Assembly (NCBI GenBank): GCA_951406725.2
Contig: OX597815.1
Coordinates: forward strand, 215,140,001 to 215,204,000
Direction of reading: 5' to 3'
Length of the DNA: 64,000 bases
Origin: Octopus vulgaris
Taxonomy: Eukaryota
Numbering within the stretch: the stretch's first letter is position 1; every line of letters starts with the position of its first letter. Shown here one piece after another: positions 1-13,739 of this stretch. The notes under the pieces were generated by a model. The model saw nothing but the letters and a program-made list of their open reading frames with translations. It did not search any database and was not told the DNA's origin. Made by a program: the position numbers and the translations under genes.

Positions 1-1025
1 TCTGTGTGCCTTGGGTATGTGCTGTAATTTGTTGTGATGCTCTGATGGTTATTGTATGGAAAGTGTTCTGCGTAGGATGTGTGCAGTGCCTAGTAGTGCA
101 ATTTTCTGTATGTTATATGTGTTTGTAAGTCCTGGTGTTTTTGTTATGTATTTGTCTGAATATTTTTTTATCATGCCTAATGCACCTACTATGATAGGAA
201 TTGTTTCTGTTTTTAGATTCCACATTCTGGTTACCTCTATTTCCAGGTCTTTGTATTTTGAAAGTTTCTCCATTTCTTTTAGAGATACATTGTCATCTGC
301 CGGTATTGATACATCAATTAGAAAGCATTTTTTTTCTTCATGATCTCTGACAACTATATCTGGTCTGTTGGCCTTAATTTCTCTATCTGTGTGTATCGGC
401 ATATCCCAGAGTATGGTTGCTTTCTCGTTTTCTGTGACCTTTTCTGGTGTGTGCCTATACCATCTTTTTTCTGTTGTTATTCCATAATGTTGGCATAGCT
501 TCCAATGTATGTAAGTTCCAACTCTGTCATGTCTGTGAATATATTCCTTCTTAGCCAGGACTGGGCAGCTAGAGATAATATGATTTATTGTTTCTTGTCC
601 ATCTCCACATATTCTGCAGTTACTTGTAATATTTCTTTTCATTACATGTTTTTGGTAATTTCTGGTGGGGAGGCTTTGGTCTTGTGCTGCAATTAAAAAT
701 CCCTCTGTTTCTGCTTTGAGTCCTGAGCTTCTCAACCATTGCTGGGATTTTTCTTTGTCTATTTCTTTTGCGTTTAGTTTAGTCCAGTATTTACCATGAA
801 GGGGCTTTTCTTGCCATCGTTTTATCATGGTTCTTTGCTGTTCTATTTTTAGTTTGGATTTCATTTTTTTTATAGCTTTTGTTGTTTCTTCATCTTCTTC
901 TTCTTCTTCATGTTTATTAGGTGGTATGATTTCTTGTTTGTATTTGTCAGCTTCCTTAAATACTGAGAACAGTTTTTTGTTTTGCTCGTGTTTTGCTGCT
1001 ATCTGGATCAGTTTTCCTTCCTTCC
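1..1025 (-). mobile_element. 5'-truncated R4/Dong-like non-LTR retrotransposon (zinc knuckle + restriction-like endonuclease C-terminus)
   Basis: ORF 49-864, open further upstream to ~1025, has CRICGDGQETINHIISSC (CCHC), RHD and the RPDIV...IDVSIP...KLSKY PD-(D/E)xK endonuclease motif. Its 5' break abuts (TTA)n at 1026-1081. Confidence 0.9.
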
Positions 1026-1062
<37 letters not shown>

Positions 1063-1289
1063 TATTATTATTATTATTATTCAGTTGGTTAGTTATTTAA
1101 CTAACTAATCGATTGTTTGATTACTCATTCGGTTAATCACTCAGCCACAAGTTATGCTTGCCAAAGTCCTTTCGTCATTATTCTGAGTAGATTTGGTAGA
1201 CGGAAACCGAAAGAAGACCATGTATATATGTGTGTGTGTATGTGTGTGTGTCTGTGTGTGTCTATTATATATATAATATATATATATAT

Positions 1290-2105
1290 ATTTAAATAAT
1301 GAGGGAGATAAATTGAATATTAATTTAATTAATATCAATTTAAAACCAGTAGCCTAGCATATAAAAATCTGAGTAATTTATTCGGTGATAGACGAAACCG
1401 GTATACGATTAATTCTTGATTTTTATATAATTTTCATCTGTCTTGCCCGCCTATGTTCTGGTGTCCGCTGAATTTTCTCTGGAGAACATTCTTAGTAGTA
1501 GTTTGATCGTATGTGATCTACTTCTAGCAAATGGCTGCCCACATAGTGGTTTTTAGCCCTAAATATACACATGTATCGGAAGTTTCTCTGATTTTTCAGA
1601 TTTTTATATGCTACGCTACTGGTTTTAAATTGATATTAATTAAATTAATATTCTATTTATCTCCCTCATTATTTAAATGTTAAAAAAATTATGTTCTCTA
1701 ATAGGCAGCATTAACTGCAGTACATTATTTGCTGCAGAATTTGTTTCCGGAATTTAGCGCGCCAGAACTCAGACATTTGAAATTAACCACAATGTAATCG
1801 GTGAAATTAAGCACGTGTCTGGTTTTATACAGAAAACTGGTGGTTAGTTTTACAAATTATATTGCTTTTGGAACGATCGTACTGATGAATCTACGAACGA
1901 AGGATTACGTAATTTATTCGGTGATAGTCGAAATCGGTATACGATTAATTCTTGATTTTTATATAATTTTCATCTGTCTTGCCCGCCTATGTTCTGGTGT
2001 CCGCTGAATTTTCTCTGGAGAACATTCTTTCTTTGTAGTTTGATCGTATGTAATCTACTTCTAGCATATGGCTGTCCACATAGTGGTTTTTAGCCCTAAA
2101 TATAC
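1290..2105 (+). mobile_element. Non-coding Penelope-pLTR/retrozyme-like element: partial tandem 536-bp unit with inverted 5' piece
   Basis: Direct repeat 1373-~1570 vs 1909-~2105; inverted repeat 1290-1372 vs 1596-1678; TA-rich flanks; contains a hammerhead fold. Confidence 0.7.
1876..1945 (+). ncRNA. Type I hammerhead ribozyme, degenerate in stems II/III
   Basis: ATCGTA-CTGATGA-atcta...tagtc-GAAA-tcgGTA-TACGAT, with a perfect 6-bp stem I. The upstream duplicate keeps tagac-GAAACCGGTA-TACGAT (palindromic stem III). Confidence 0.7.
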
Positions 2106-2133
2106 ATACATACATATGTATATATATATATAT

Positions 2134-4784
2134 GGAGGTGTTGCTGTGTATGTCAAATCTGAGCACAAACCGTCCAGCGGTATTCTACCCACTAATGCTC
2201 AACCTACAACAAAATTCGATGCTGTCTATTGCAACCTGAGCCTATCCGAGTTTTGCCTGCCCGTGTTAGCTGTCTACAGGCCGCCTCTTGCCGACCCCCA
2301 GGACGATGCTCATTTACTCGAAGCGATAAGATTCGTTTCAGCTTCGCATGGCTGTTTGGTACTAGGAGACTTCAACGCTCCCACGATCGATTGGCCCGCA
2401 TCAATTTGTACAACATCTTCCCGGTTCGGCCAGGCCCTTCTTGGCGTGGCTGAAGATTGTTTTCTATCGCAACATGTTGAATATCCGACAAGGCATCGAT
2501 CTGGGCAGCAGCCATCTATGCTGGATCTGGTATTCTCCCGCTATCCAAGATCAGTGTCAGACGTATCTGTGTGAGCCCCTCTTGCCAAGAGTGATCATGC
2601 GGTCCTGAAGTTCGTCATGCACACAACTTTTTCTACGCCCACGACTACTTCGCTGCCACATAGAGTCTTCTCTGCAATTAATCTTGAAATTCTAACCGAG
2701 GCTTCCGCGCTTCTGGACTGGCGATCCCTGATGACGTTGTCCTCAGTTGACGAACTATGGTCATCCTTCAAAGCATATGTAATCTGGTTGACTGACCAGG
2801 CAGTTCCCGTTGGGCTTCCCAAGAAGAAGAAACACAAGCCCTGGGTGACGAAGAAGGTTAAACGAGAACGTCGACTCAGAGATATTGCTTGGGCTGAATT
2901 AAAAAATCTGGATTCGACTGCAGCTTTTGAGGTGTACAGAACGCAACGAGACCGAGCCGTGAAAATTGAAAAGGAAGAACGCTTCAGTTATGAATACAAA
3001 ATCGCGGCAAATGCCAGAAGCAATCCAAAAACCTTCTTTGCCCATGTCCAACGGAATTCCCGCTTGAACAACCAGATTGCAACGTTGGTAGACTCAACAG
3101 GCGTATCGATTGAGGACCCTTATCAACAGAGTCAATTATTTGCCGAGACTTTTTCAACTATTTTCAAACAAGATGATGGTCGTGAACCCCCTCCATTTGA
3201 TAGATCGGTACCTCCAATGCCTAGATTGGTCATCACGCGGGACGAAGTCAAACGTGTTATTCAAGGCCTCGATGTCAACAAGGGTCACGGCCCTGACGGC
3301 ATCTGCGAGCCCTTAACACGTCTATTCAATATGTCATTGGCGACGGGTGTTATACCTGCGGACTGGAGAACAGCGATAATCTGCCCAATTTTCAAGAAAG
3401 GGAGCCGCGAAGACCCGCTTAACTACCGACCGGTTTCCCTTACATCAATAATCAGCAAGATGTTCGAAACCATCCTTAAGAAAAGTATGATGCTCCACCT
3501 CCAAAACACAGCCTCTATCTCTGATTCCCAACACGGCTTCGTGCCGAAGAGATCATGCTTGACCAACTTACTGGTAATGGAAGAATTAGTGACGCGCATC
3601 CTCGATGATAGTGATACTGTTGACATCGTTTTATTGGACTTTGCCAAAGCTTTTGACTCGGTAAACCACCGCCTATTACTTGTCAAGCTTCAAGCATATA
3701 GTTTCCATCCGGATATTGTACGTTGGGTTGGTGCCTTCCTCTCAGATCGCTCCTTCCAAGTCCAAGTTAATTGTTCGAGGTCCGACGTCTCCAGTGCGAG
3801 CAGTGGCGTGCCTCAAAGTTCAGTGCTTGGGCCCTTATTGTTCTTAGTCTTCATAAATGACTTGCCCGACGACCTCACGCAACACACCCTTCTATTTGCC
3901 GATGATATCAAACTGATCGCTCCTCGCAGTGATATAGAGGATCTTCGTCGATGCTTCCACCAAATTTGGAAGTGGTCTAACGAATGGGACCTGTGTCTGA
4001 ACGTGTCAAAGTGCTGTCATCTGCCTGTTGGCTCTCCTCCTGCAACTCAACTTGATTTCAAGCCGGGTCGTCTGCTGCTGGAGAGGACCGACCAGGTAAA
4101 GGACCTGGGTATCTTGGTGGATTCCTCCTTTTCGCCTTCGGCCCAGTGCGTCCATGCTGCCAACAAAGCACGCGGAGATCTGTTCTTGATTCGACGGTCA
4201 TTCGGAATGCACACAGCAGCCTATTCCTACCGCTCTGTGTCATCTGGTGAGACCCATATTGGAGTACGGGATTCAAGCCTCTTCTCCTTATCTCCTCAAA
4301 GACATACAGCATCTTGAAAGAGTCCAGAAGCTGGCTACCCGCATGGTTCATGGTCTCAAAATTTGTCCTATGAAGAAAGGCTGGGGACGCTCGACCTTTA
4401 TTCTCTTGAAAAACGCCGCCGCCGTGGTGATCTCATTCTCACCCACAACATCATAAGCGGAAAGTGTAACCTCTCGAAAGAGCTGTTCTTCACTCCTGCT
4501 CCAGACCGTCGGCTGCGGGGTCATTCCGAAAAGCTCTACCTGCGACGATTTCATCTCAATCGAAGGAGAGGAGCTTTCTCCGTCCGGGTTGCAGATCCGT
4601 GGAACAAGCTGCCAGACGAGATGGTGAAGATGCCGACGACCGCTTTGTTCAAAGCCTCCCTTGACCTCAAGTGGCCTGAACTCTTTACATGAACACCACC
4701 CTGTACTTAACTCCATGTCCCCCTACATGGCCTTGCTATTTGCTTTTGAGCCAACTTAACTAACTAACTAACTAACTAACTAAC
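2134..4784 (+). mobile_element. 5'-truncated CR1-clade LINE ORF2 pseudogene (APE endonuclease + reverse transcriptase)
   Basis: Motifs GGVAVYVK, GDFNAP, LDLVF, SDH, NYRPVSLTS, QHGF, DFAKAFDSV, GVPQSSVLGP, FADDIK and C-terminal RRRGDL...RGH...FSVRV..WNKLP. Stop at 2572-2574, frameshifts near 4220-4250 and 4365, (CTAA)n tail 4756-4784. Confidence 0.93.
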
Positions 4785-5043
<259 letters not shown>

Positions 5044-5920
5044 CAGCTCGAAAAGCGGAGTAGATGAAACAGGGACAACTGATGAAGGGGAATATTCATG
5101 TTGTATGTCTCGTTTCTCTGGGATTTTTTTCGTTGTTCGAAAAAAAGTTCGTTTTCTATGTTTTTGTTTTTATGTTTACGTTTCTCATTGTGTTGAACGA
5201 TTTTTTTATGTCCTGTACCCATATATACATGTATATATACATATATATGTAGGTATGTATATACATGTATGTATATATGCATATATTTATATATTATTTA
5301 TATTATATATTTATAGCTGTATATGTAGTGTGTGTATATATATATGTATATATATATATATATATGTATCGAGAGAGGGGGAGAGACGAAGAAGGAAGGG
5401 GAGGGGAAAGGAAGGGAAGGGAAGGGAGAGGGAGAGAGATGGGAATTGATTAATTAATGATGTAGTGTTACTAGTAAAGCTTATGTAGTTTTAACAGCCA
5501 ACAAATTTGAAGTTAGATATCTTATGCTGAACCATTCGTTTTGGAACTTGACTCGAAGACATATGACTTTCAGCGTCGGCAGACATCTGCACATTGAAAG
5601 ACAAAAATAGTCAATATAAATTTCAGTAGATAAATTTAGTCAACTGCCAAATCATACAATACAAATAAAAAGGCACAATATTCATGCGCTAATAAAACAT
5701 TGGCGAATCTCGTTCTTAAATATTCGTTTCTAATTCTGAGATGATTCCAACTTGTAAGACTAGGATTCATAATATATATTAACAGACATTCCATTTATGC
5801 GTATATACGAAAATTGTTGCATTTGTCTATATGCGTCTATAACTATGTGTGTGCATCTGTCTGAATACGCGTGTGTGTGTGTGTGTGCGGGCGTGTGTCT
5901 GTCTGTCTGTGTATACATAC

Positions 5921-5981
<61 letters not shown>

Positions 5982-6008
5982 TATATATATATAATATACA
6001 TGGATGGA

Positions 6009-6215
6009 TGGATCAAAACATTTTGATTCAAACTCGTTGATACTCCGAGTTTCTAGCACGGTGCTAGTCATCAGCCATTTTGAATTTGAATGACAGAAGT
6101 TGAATCAACTTGAAACTCGGAGTACCAACGAATTTGAATCAAAATGTTTTGATCCACACATGTAACCCCCATCAAATTTGTTGAGTGCTCTTCTTTCGAT
6201 TGTCCACTCACTCTC

Positions 6216-6217
<2 letters not shown>
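6009..6217. mobile_element. Small foldback/MITE-like element with mariner-like end
   Basis: 45-bp inverted repeat 6009-6053 / 6112-6156 (2 mismatches). Right end ...CTCTCG-TA resembles a TA-flanked mariner terminus. Confidence 0.55.
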
Positions 6218-6312
<95 letters not shown>

Positions 6313-6608
6313 TACATATATACATATATATATATATACATACATATATATATGACTGTAACTCGAAAATTTAAAGAAATTAAGAGCCATGAAACGATCG
6401 TAGTGATATATTAATTATATTTTTTTAATAATTTTGTTATATATTTAAATAATATAAATTAAATAATCTTATGTATTGGCTTAAGTTTTTCATTGTATGA
6501 TTTGCCTAATAGTGGTTTTGTCTCTAATTTAATATAATATAATATTTTACTATAAAATTGGATTCAATCCTAAAACTGATTTTTCCCTGTAAGTTTGGAT
6601 TTATTCCC

Positions 6609-6694
<86 letters not shown>

Positions 6695-7015
6695 TTATAA
6701 AATGAGATAGGGGTTGAAAATTCAACCCACCATGGGATAATATATATCCAATATACTGCCGACTGCCCTCACTGCCGAAACAGCTGTCAGTTTTGATTTA
6801 ATTGCATATTATATTTGAAATTTTTTACTTATATCTCTTTATCTTTTTACTATTACTGTATATCTCATTTTGTATAATGCCTTTACCCATATGTAATGGT
6901 GTATTAAAGTATTGATTGGGTATCATCGGATAGTTGATGTTTTATTGATTTAAGTATGTTTCTCCATTCTCTAATTTTGTAGTATATATATATATATATA
7001 TATACATATATATAC

Positions 7016-7049
<34 letters not shown>

Positions 7050-7111
7050 TAAGTTAGACATGGCCTGGGCCAATAATGGCCGAAACCTATCAAAGTATCA
7101 AAGTATCAAAG

Positions 7112-7181
<70 letters not shown>

Positions 7182-7243
7182 CATACATACATACATTCAT
7201 ACATACATACATACATACATACATACATACATACATACATACA

Positions 7244-7279
<36 letters not shown>

Positions 7280-7622
7280 GAATAAAACTTTATATATAAA
7301 GAACGTGAAATACACGAAGTGACGAACACGGAAAACACACAAGACATTCAAAGCCTTCAATCTTCAGTCAGAAACCAAATCATCATGGCAAATTTCGGCT
7401 GTTTAATTCTGAGATTTGCTGCAACTCGGCCAGCCCCAAGGAAAAACTAAGCTGTGGGCATTAGATTTCTTGGTAGAAGGAAAGAATGTAAACGCAACAG
7501 AGACGAATATGAATACAAGAAACGAAGGCAAAATTGGAAACAGTAACGGTTAAAAACAAGAATGACAAGGGGCGTCTTACGACTTTGAGACAAAATGAGA
7601 CAAAAACAATTGATCAGCAAGC

Positions 7623-7711
<89 letters not shown>

Positions 7712-7838
7712 CATATCTTACTTTGTACTATATACATATACATATATATATATATGTATGTGAGTGTGTGTTTGTGTGTATGTATGTATGTATGTATGTA
7801 TGTATGTATGTATGTATGTATGTATGTATGTATGTATG

Positions 7839-8063
7839 TATCACTCAATGAAAGGCAAAAGAGCAAGAGTTACGAAATCATTTTCATTAACTTACAGCTG
7901 CTTCTGCCGTCAGAAATTTTCACGGGGTATCTGGGGTATCTGGGGTATCTGGGGTATCCGGCGTGCACTCAACTCTGAATGCAAGCCACTTACAACAGAA
8001 ATAACCGTAAGCTAATGAAAGTGATAATGTAACTCTTGTTCTTTTGTCTTTCATTAATTGATA
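7839..8063. mobile_element. Foldback/MITE-like element with ~65-bp imperfect arms and central (GGGGTATCT)x~4
   Basis: tcaatgaaaggcaaaagagcaagagttac... mirrored by ...gtaactcttgttcttttgtctttcatta. Confidence 0.6.
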
Positions 8064-8272
8064 TTTTGCTCTGTATTCAACTGATAGGTTGGTCCGAATC
8101 AGAGGTATATTGAATTCTAACAATGGGTTATTAGGAACGCTATGCCTAAGAGAAATCATGTGTGTGTGTGTGTGGTTACATACCACACACACACGGTGTA
8201 TATATTTGTATGTATGCATGTATGTATATGTGCGTATTTAGTAAATATAAATGTTGGGGTATGTAGAAGCAC

Positions 8273-8321
<49 letters not shown>

Positions 8322-8829
8322 GCGTGTGTGTGTGTATGTGTTTGTGTGTGTAGTTGCACACGTACATACAGAAACAAACACAGATTTTTCATTCTGGCTT
8401 GGGATAATCTAATAAATAAATATAACGAAATGATTTTCTCGTGTAAACACTGGGCTACAAAATCCTATCTCCACTACAGAACCAAAACTATTCTCCTCCA
8501 TCGATAACAAATAATTCAGCTGTTAACTTAATTCATCAGTTTGTACTGGCACAGTTGGATATATTCCTGACTACGTTATAAATTCTACCGGAATCTCTAC
8601 GAATCTTTACTTACTTCTTTCACTCTTTTATTACCCTTTATTCACAACATCACACTGTGTAACAATTTTGTTTTTCTTTGTCTTTGGTCAGTAAGTGTTA
8701 GTTCCCAGAAATCAAAGGAAATGACTACTATCCCCTTCAGATTTTTCTTTTGTGACCTAGACATCAATGTTTTGAAACTGATCTATTTTCCATTACATTT
8801 CAGATAGATTTAGTGCTGAGTTGCCTGAA

Positions 8830-9010
8830 ACTGAAATACCGTTATAGCAAATATTCTGCTCAACACCACAGATTTGCTTGTCAGTTACTTGACCTTAGCC
8901 ACTTGAGCATGTCACTTAGTGATTGACACTATGTGCATCTCTGATCATGAGCAGTAGTAACGGAGTATGATAACCATGTGTTCATAGGGATTATTTAGGG
9001 TTTGAATAAA
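8830..9010. repeat. Fragment of a dispersed cephalopod-type repeat
   Basis: Recognised from memory of octopus repeats (gcaaatattctgctcaacaccacagatttgcttgtcag...); not verifiable within the window. Confidence 0.4.
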
Positions 9011-9989
9011 TATCGTAACAAAAGCAGTCTGAAGAAAATATTAGCCATTTTTCATATTTTCTAGCGATAAGCAAATAGGAAATAACAGTTGCTACCCAAG
9101 GACAAAAATTGTGTTACACAGTGTAATTGCTGTAGTATTTCTACTATTACCAAATCCTTATATTAGCCTCCTTGTAAAAGCAATGTCTGACATGACTTAA
9201 TACAAACGAGAGTTGATTTTCATCCAGGTGAAATCAGTGTGTTTGAGAAGTGTTGGATTCTATACCGGTACATAGTTATCTCCACTTGACAAGGTGCGGA
9301 AAAGTTATGTTTCACAGACTGGAATATGTTTATAATCATCGTCAACAAGAATTTTTTGCATGTGTATTAGTCTCAGCACGAGGCAGTGCATCATCGGCAT
9401 CCTAAGACTTGCCTTGATTGGGCTTGTTTTACAGTAGATGTACTTCTCCACCAGTGGAAGCTGTCCCTTGCACAATAAGCAAAAGATTTCCAATCTGATT
9501 GGACGTTCCCTAAAAAGACCCGTCAATTGGACGGCAATACACCACCGAAATTACATATACGTTAGCTACTTTTGTCCGGCAGTTCAAAGAAAGCGTCTTC
9601 TAAACCTATTTCTGAGTAAGGATACTGATAGAAGCCTTCTTTCGATTGAGATAATAGAATCTGATTTTGTTGGGGTTTTGTTGTTGCTTTTAGGGTGTTT
9701 TGTTGCTGTTGCTGCTGATGTTGTAGATGGTGTTGTCATTGTTGATACTGGTGATGGTGGTGGCGGTGAAATTGTAGGGTCGGCACCATTATTGGCCTTC
9801 TTTCTTCTCCTCCTCCTCTTCTGTGAATGGTACCACAAATCTGTAACTTCGTTCCACAGTCACAGACAACCGGCTGCCGCTCGACAGCTTTCTCAGGTCG
9901 CAAGATTATGGTTTGGCACTACTTTGACCGAGCAGTGATCCTTGCATTGAGGACGTGAAGATTTCTTTCAAAACTCTCAATGCTACAAC

Positions 9990-10480
9990 TCGTGATGCTC
10001 TGGAAATAGCAGCATCTGAGATCAGTCGTTATTGTTGTCCCCGCTGTCATCAACTTTCTCCCTTTCCCTGCGTAATCAGCTTCTATGGGCAGAAATTCGG
10101 CGTGTAGTTCTTACTGACACATACATAGCAGTTCAGCTCTTTAGTCAACATAAGTTTTATTGCCCTTTTCCCTGCGCCTACAATGGCTTACAACTACACG
10201 ATTGCTCGATGGTCCCGAACACATGCCATATCTTATCAACTTCGCACTCGCCACCAACTCATACTGTACCATAAAGTTGACAATGAGCCGAAGTAGTTAT
10301 CATCTATCCCAGTTTCCTTTGAAGTGACCCTCGTATTGCACCGTCTCATATAGGCACCAGCTTATCGACAAGTGGATGGTGCACAGGTTCAGCTGGCTTT
10401 CAAGCACAAGCTTTCATTTCCATATGCCCTACCTCTAGGACACATTGTTTCACACAATGTCTAAGACTTTCTTTAACTGT
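9990..10480 (+). mobile_element. Possible highly decayed RNase H-containing LINE 3' fragment
   Basis: VVLTDTYIAVQL resembles RNase H xxTDS; later tggtcccgaacacatgc resembles WVPxHC; many indels. Confidence 0.3.
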
Positions 10481-11184
10481 TCTTTTAAAGATATATGGAG
10501 CCTCGACCGATCTGTACACAGCAGGAATATGTCATCTTCCTCCTTATCTGTCCCTGAGTAAATCCCTCAAGCAAGAAGACATCCTCTTTAGGACATACCG
10601 TTACTATGTTTCTTTACTTGACTGGCTTCGACAAATATATCTAAAACCTCCATTTGGTTTGTCATGCTAGCAAAAGTGTTGTTAATATGTTCATTTATAT
10701 TGTACAAGTTTGTATTACTGTTGTTCGTACTTTTGTTTATGTAGGGTATGTTTACGTTTCCAGGTGCCAAATTGTTGTCTTCTGTCTTTGTGAGTGTATC
10801 TGTTTCAATGTCTTTTTTTTCTGATTAACTTTCTTTGAATTCTGTTTATCTTTTTTTTTAATTAATTTCCTTTCAAAAATTATTTCGTTTTGAAGGTGCA
10901 GTCAGTAGTACTACCTTTGTTCTAAACACCTGTTCCTACTCTTGCAGTATAAGATACCATATTGAAACCATAAAGAAACTTTTCCATATAAATACAAAAA
11001 GAAAGTCTAAAAAAATTGACTTTTGTTTACTCCACATGTTAAAGTAGATTTTCACACTTTCCGAAACTTTCCGTTTTACAAAATAATCCAAAGGAGAAGA
11101 ATTTTCATCCAGTAAAACTTGATAATAATCCAATCTTCTCTGAAAATAGTCTGAAAATACATATTTATTCACACCAAAACAGAC

Positions 11185-11237
<53 letters not shown>

Positions 11238-11975
11238 GAAATGTTTTTTTTTCCATCTATTAAAAAGTAATGAAAATTATAAAATACATGCTAGAGTAGA
11301 TAAACGAGAAACACAAACCAGAGGTCATTCTATGTAAACAGAATAAAAAGCGTTCAGTTTTGTAACGAAGAAAAAACAAGTACCTTAAACGGCTGGACTA
11401 ACTATAGTAAATGTTTCTTTCATTTTCTCATTATAACAAGCTTTCTTATTTATTTATTTATTTATTTATTTATTTTGGTGCAAGTGAATAACAAATGAGG
11501 GAAATTCGATGCATGTTGACTTGTTTCAGAAAAAGCTAACATTACACAAAACTCCGGGTCGTTTAAGAATAGGGAAATAAAAGAAAAAACATGAAATATG
11601 TAAAATAAAATTTAAAAATAAAAACTAAAGATCTGCTTAAACTATTCATCTAAATCCCCAACTTCTTATCTGTTATGAATATTACAAACAACAATGGTTG
11701 CTATAACACTCAACCGACAACATTATATCATCAAGCAGACGAACTTCCCGCCGAGCGGCTGGGCCAACAGCGGACGGCGTCACAGCATAACGTCAAGATG
11801 CCAAAACAAAACCAGTCATTTCAATTCAACTATAAGAATATATATGGCTGAAATTTCGTTTAACTGGGTGATATCGTGTCAGAGACTTGAAAAAAAAACT
11901 AGCATTGACTTAGATATCTAATAGCAGTATATACATACATACGTACATACATACATATATATATATATACATATA

Positions 11976-12015
<40 letters not shown>

Positions 12016-12028
12016 CATACACACACAC

Positions 12029-12072
<44 letters not shown>

Positions 12073-12080
12073 AACATATA

Positions 12081-12117
<37 letters not shown>

Positions 12118-12134
12118 TCATATATGTTTGTGTT

Positions 12135-12166
<32 letters not shown>

Positions 12167-12399
12167 TGCATAACTACATAGGGTAGTTAAAAGCACAAAC
12201 ACACATGAATCCATAGCGTACATACCAGTATATCAAAAAAGAAAGTACGTTCCTTACTTTAGATAAGTATACGTGTTAAAGACAAACGTGTGTGTTCTTA
12301 ACTACAGTATTCATATAGAGACACACATACACACATACATGCATGTATGAAAATGTGTGTGTGTGTGTGTGCGTGAGTGTGTGTGTGTGTGTATGTTTG

Positions 12400-12601
12400 A
12401 GTGTGTGATTGTCCTCCACCCTCACCGGCGTTGATTTGCTTACGAGCTCGTAACTTAGCAGTTCGGCAAAAAGAGCCGATAGAATAAGTGTCAAGCTTAA
12501 AACAACAAAAGAACAGAGGGGTCGATCTGACTGACTAAACCCTTCAAGGCGGTGCCCCAGCATCGCTGCAGTCCAATGACTGAAGCAAGTAACGACAAAA
12601 G
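12400..12601 (+). mobile_element. SINE family A, 3' half
   Basis: Similar to 13350-13547 (gttcggcaaaa..gatagaataag..ggtgccccagcat). Confidence 0.75.
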
Positions 12602-12790
12602 ACGTGTGTATATATATATATATACATATAGGCACACCCACACAACTTCTTCTGAAATACAGTTCATAAAAGTGCAAGTGCAGGAATTCATATATTTTCG
12701 CATTATTTTTACTTGATGAAAAGTCATTAGATATGGTGTAGTTTTATGAACACACACATACACACACACACGCATATTTATAGTGATACA

Positions 12791-13158
<368 letters not shown>

Positions 13159-13159
13159 A

Positions 13160-13547
13160 GGCGCAGGAGTGATTGTGTGGTAAATAGCTTGCTTACCAAC
13201 CACATGATTCCGGGTTCAGTTCCACTGCGTGGCACCTTGGGCAAGTGTCTTCTAATATACCCTCGGGTCGACCAAAGCCTTTTGAGTGGGTTTGGTAGAC
13301 AGAAACTGAAAGAAGCCCGTCGTATATATATGTATATGTTTTTGTGTTTCTGTGTTTGTCACCCCACCATCGCTTGACAACCGATGTTGGTTTTTTTTTA
13401 CGTCCCCGTAAGCTAGCGGTTCGGCAAAAGAATCCGATAGAATAAGTACTAGGCTTACAAAAAATAAGGCCTGGGGCGTCGACTTTTTCGATTAAAGGCA
13501 GTGCTCCAGCATGGTCGCAATCAAATGACTGGAACAAATAAAAGAAT
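13160..13547 (+). mobile_element. SINE family A, full length (tRNA-derived head, CORE-like segment)
   Basis: A-box-like tgattgtgtgg, B-box-like gggttcagttcc, ggcaccttgggcaagt core, A-rich tail; inserted in (TA)n; other copies in window. Confidence 0.85.
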
Positions 13548-13548
13548 A

Positions 13549-13606
<58 letters not shown>

Positions 13607-13688
13607 GGTCCCGGGTTGAGTCGGGGTTAACCACAGTAAATAAGGTACTCAATACATAGCAGAGTAAATTAATTTATTTTATAGAAGG

Positions 13689-13739
13689 AGCTTCTACAGG
13701 ACTAGAACTGTTTCATTCAAATGAAATCATCAGGAAGCT
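13689..13739 (-). ncRNA. Type I hammerhead ribozyme, near-intact
   Basis: Minus strand: AGCUUC-CUGAUGA-uUUCauuuGAAu-GAAACAG-uucuaguc-CUGUA/GAAGCU. 6-bp stem I, 4-bp stem III, GUA site, one U-U mismatch at the base of stem II. Confidence 0.75.

Noticed and set aside
5044-5110. GAAAC followed by CTGATGA, a possible type II hammerhead
   Set aside because: I could not pair stems I-III; it may be a retroelement 3' end but is not supportable as a ribozyme.
7300-7440. Minus-strand CAGCCGAAA and CTGAAGA motifs
   Set aside because: Order and pairing do not give a hammerhead fold.
8070-8116. ttcaa-ctgatag...cgaatc...gta-tattgaa hammerhead-like string
   Set aside because: Both core motifs deviate and stem II does not form.
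9438-9938. 166-aa ORF
   Set aside because: Low-complexity GTT/GAT/GGT repeats, no domain or splice support.
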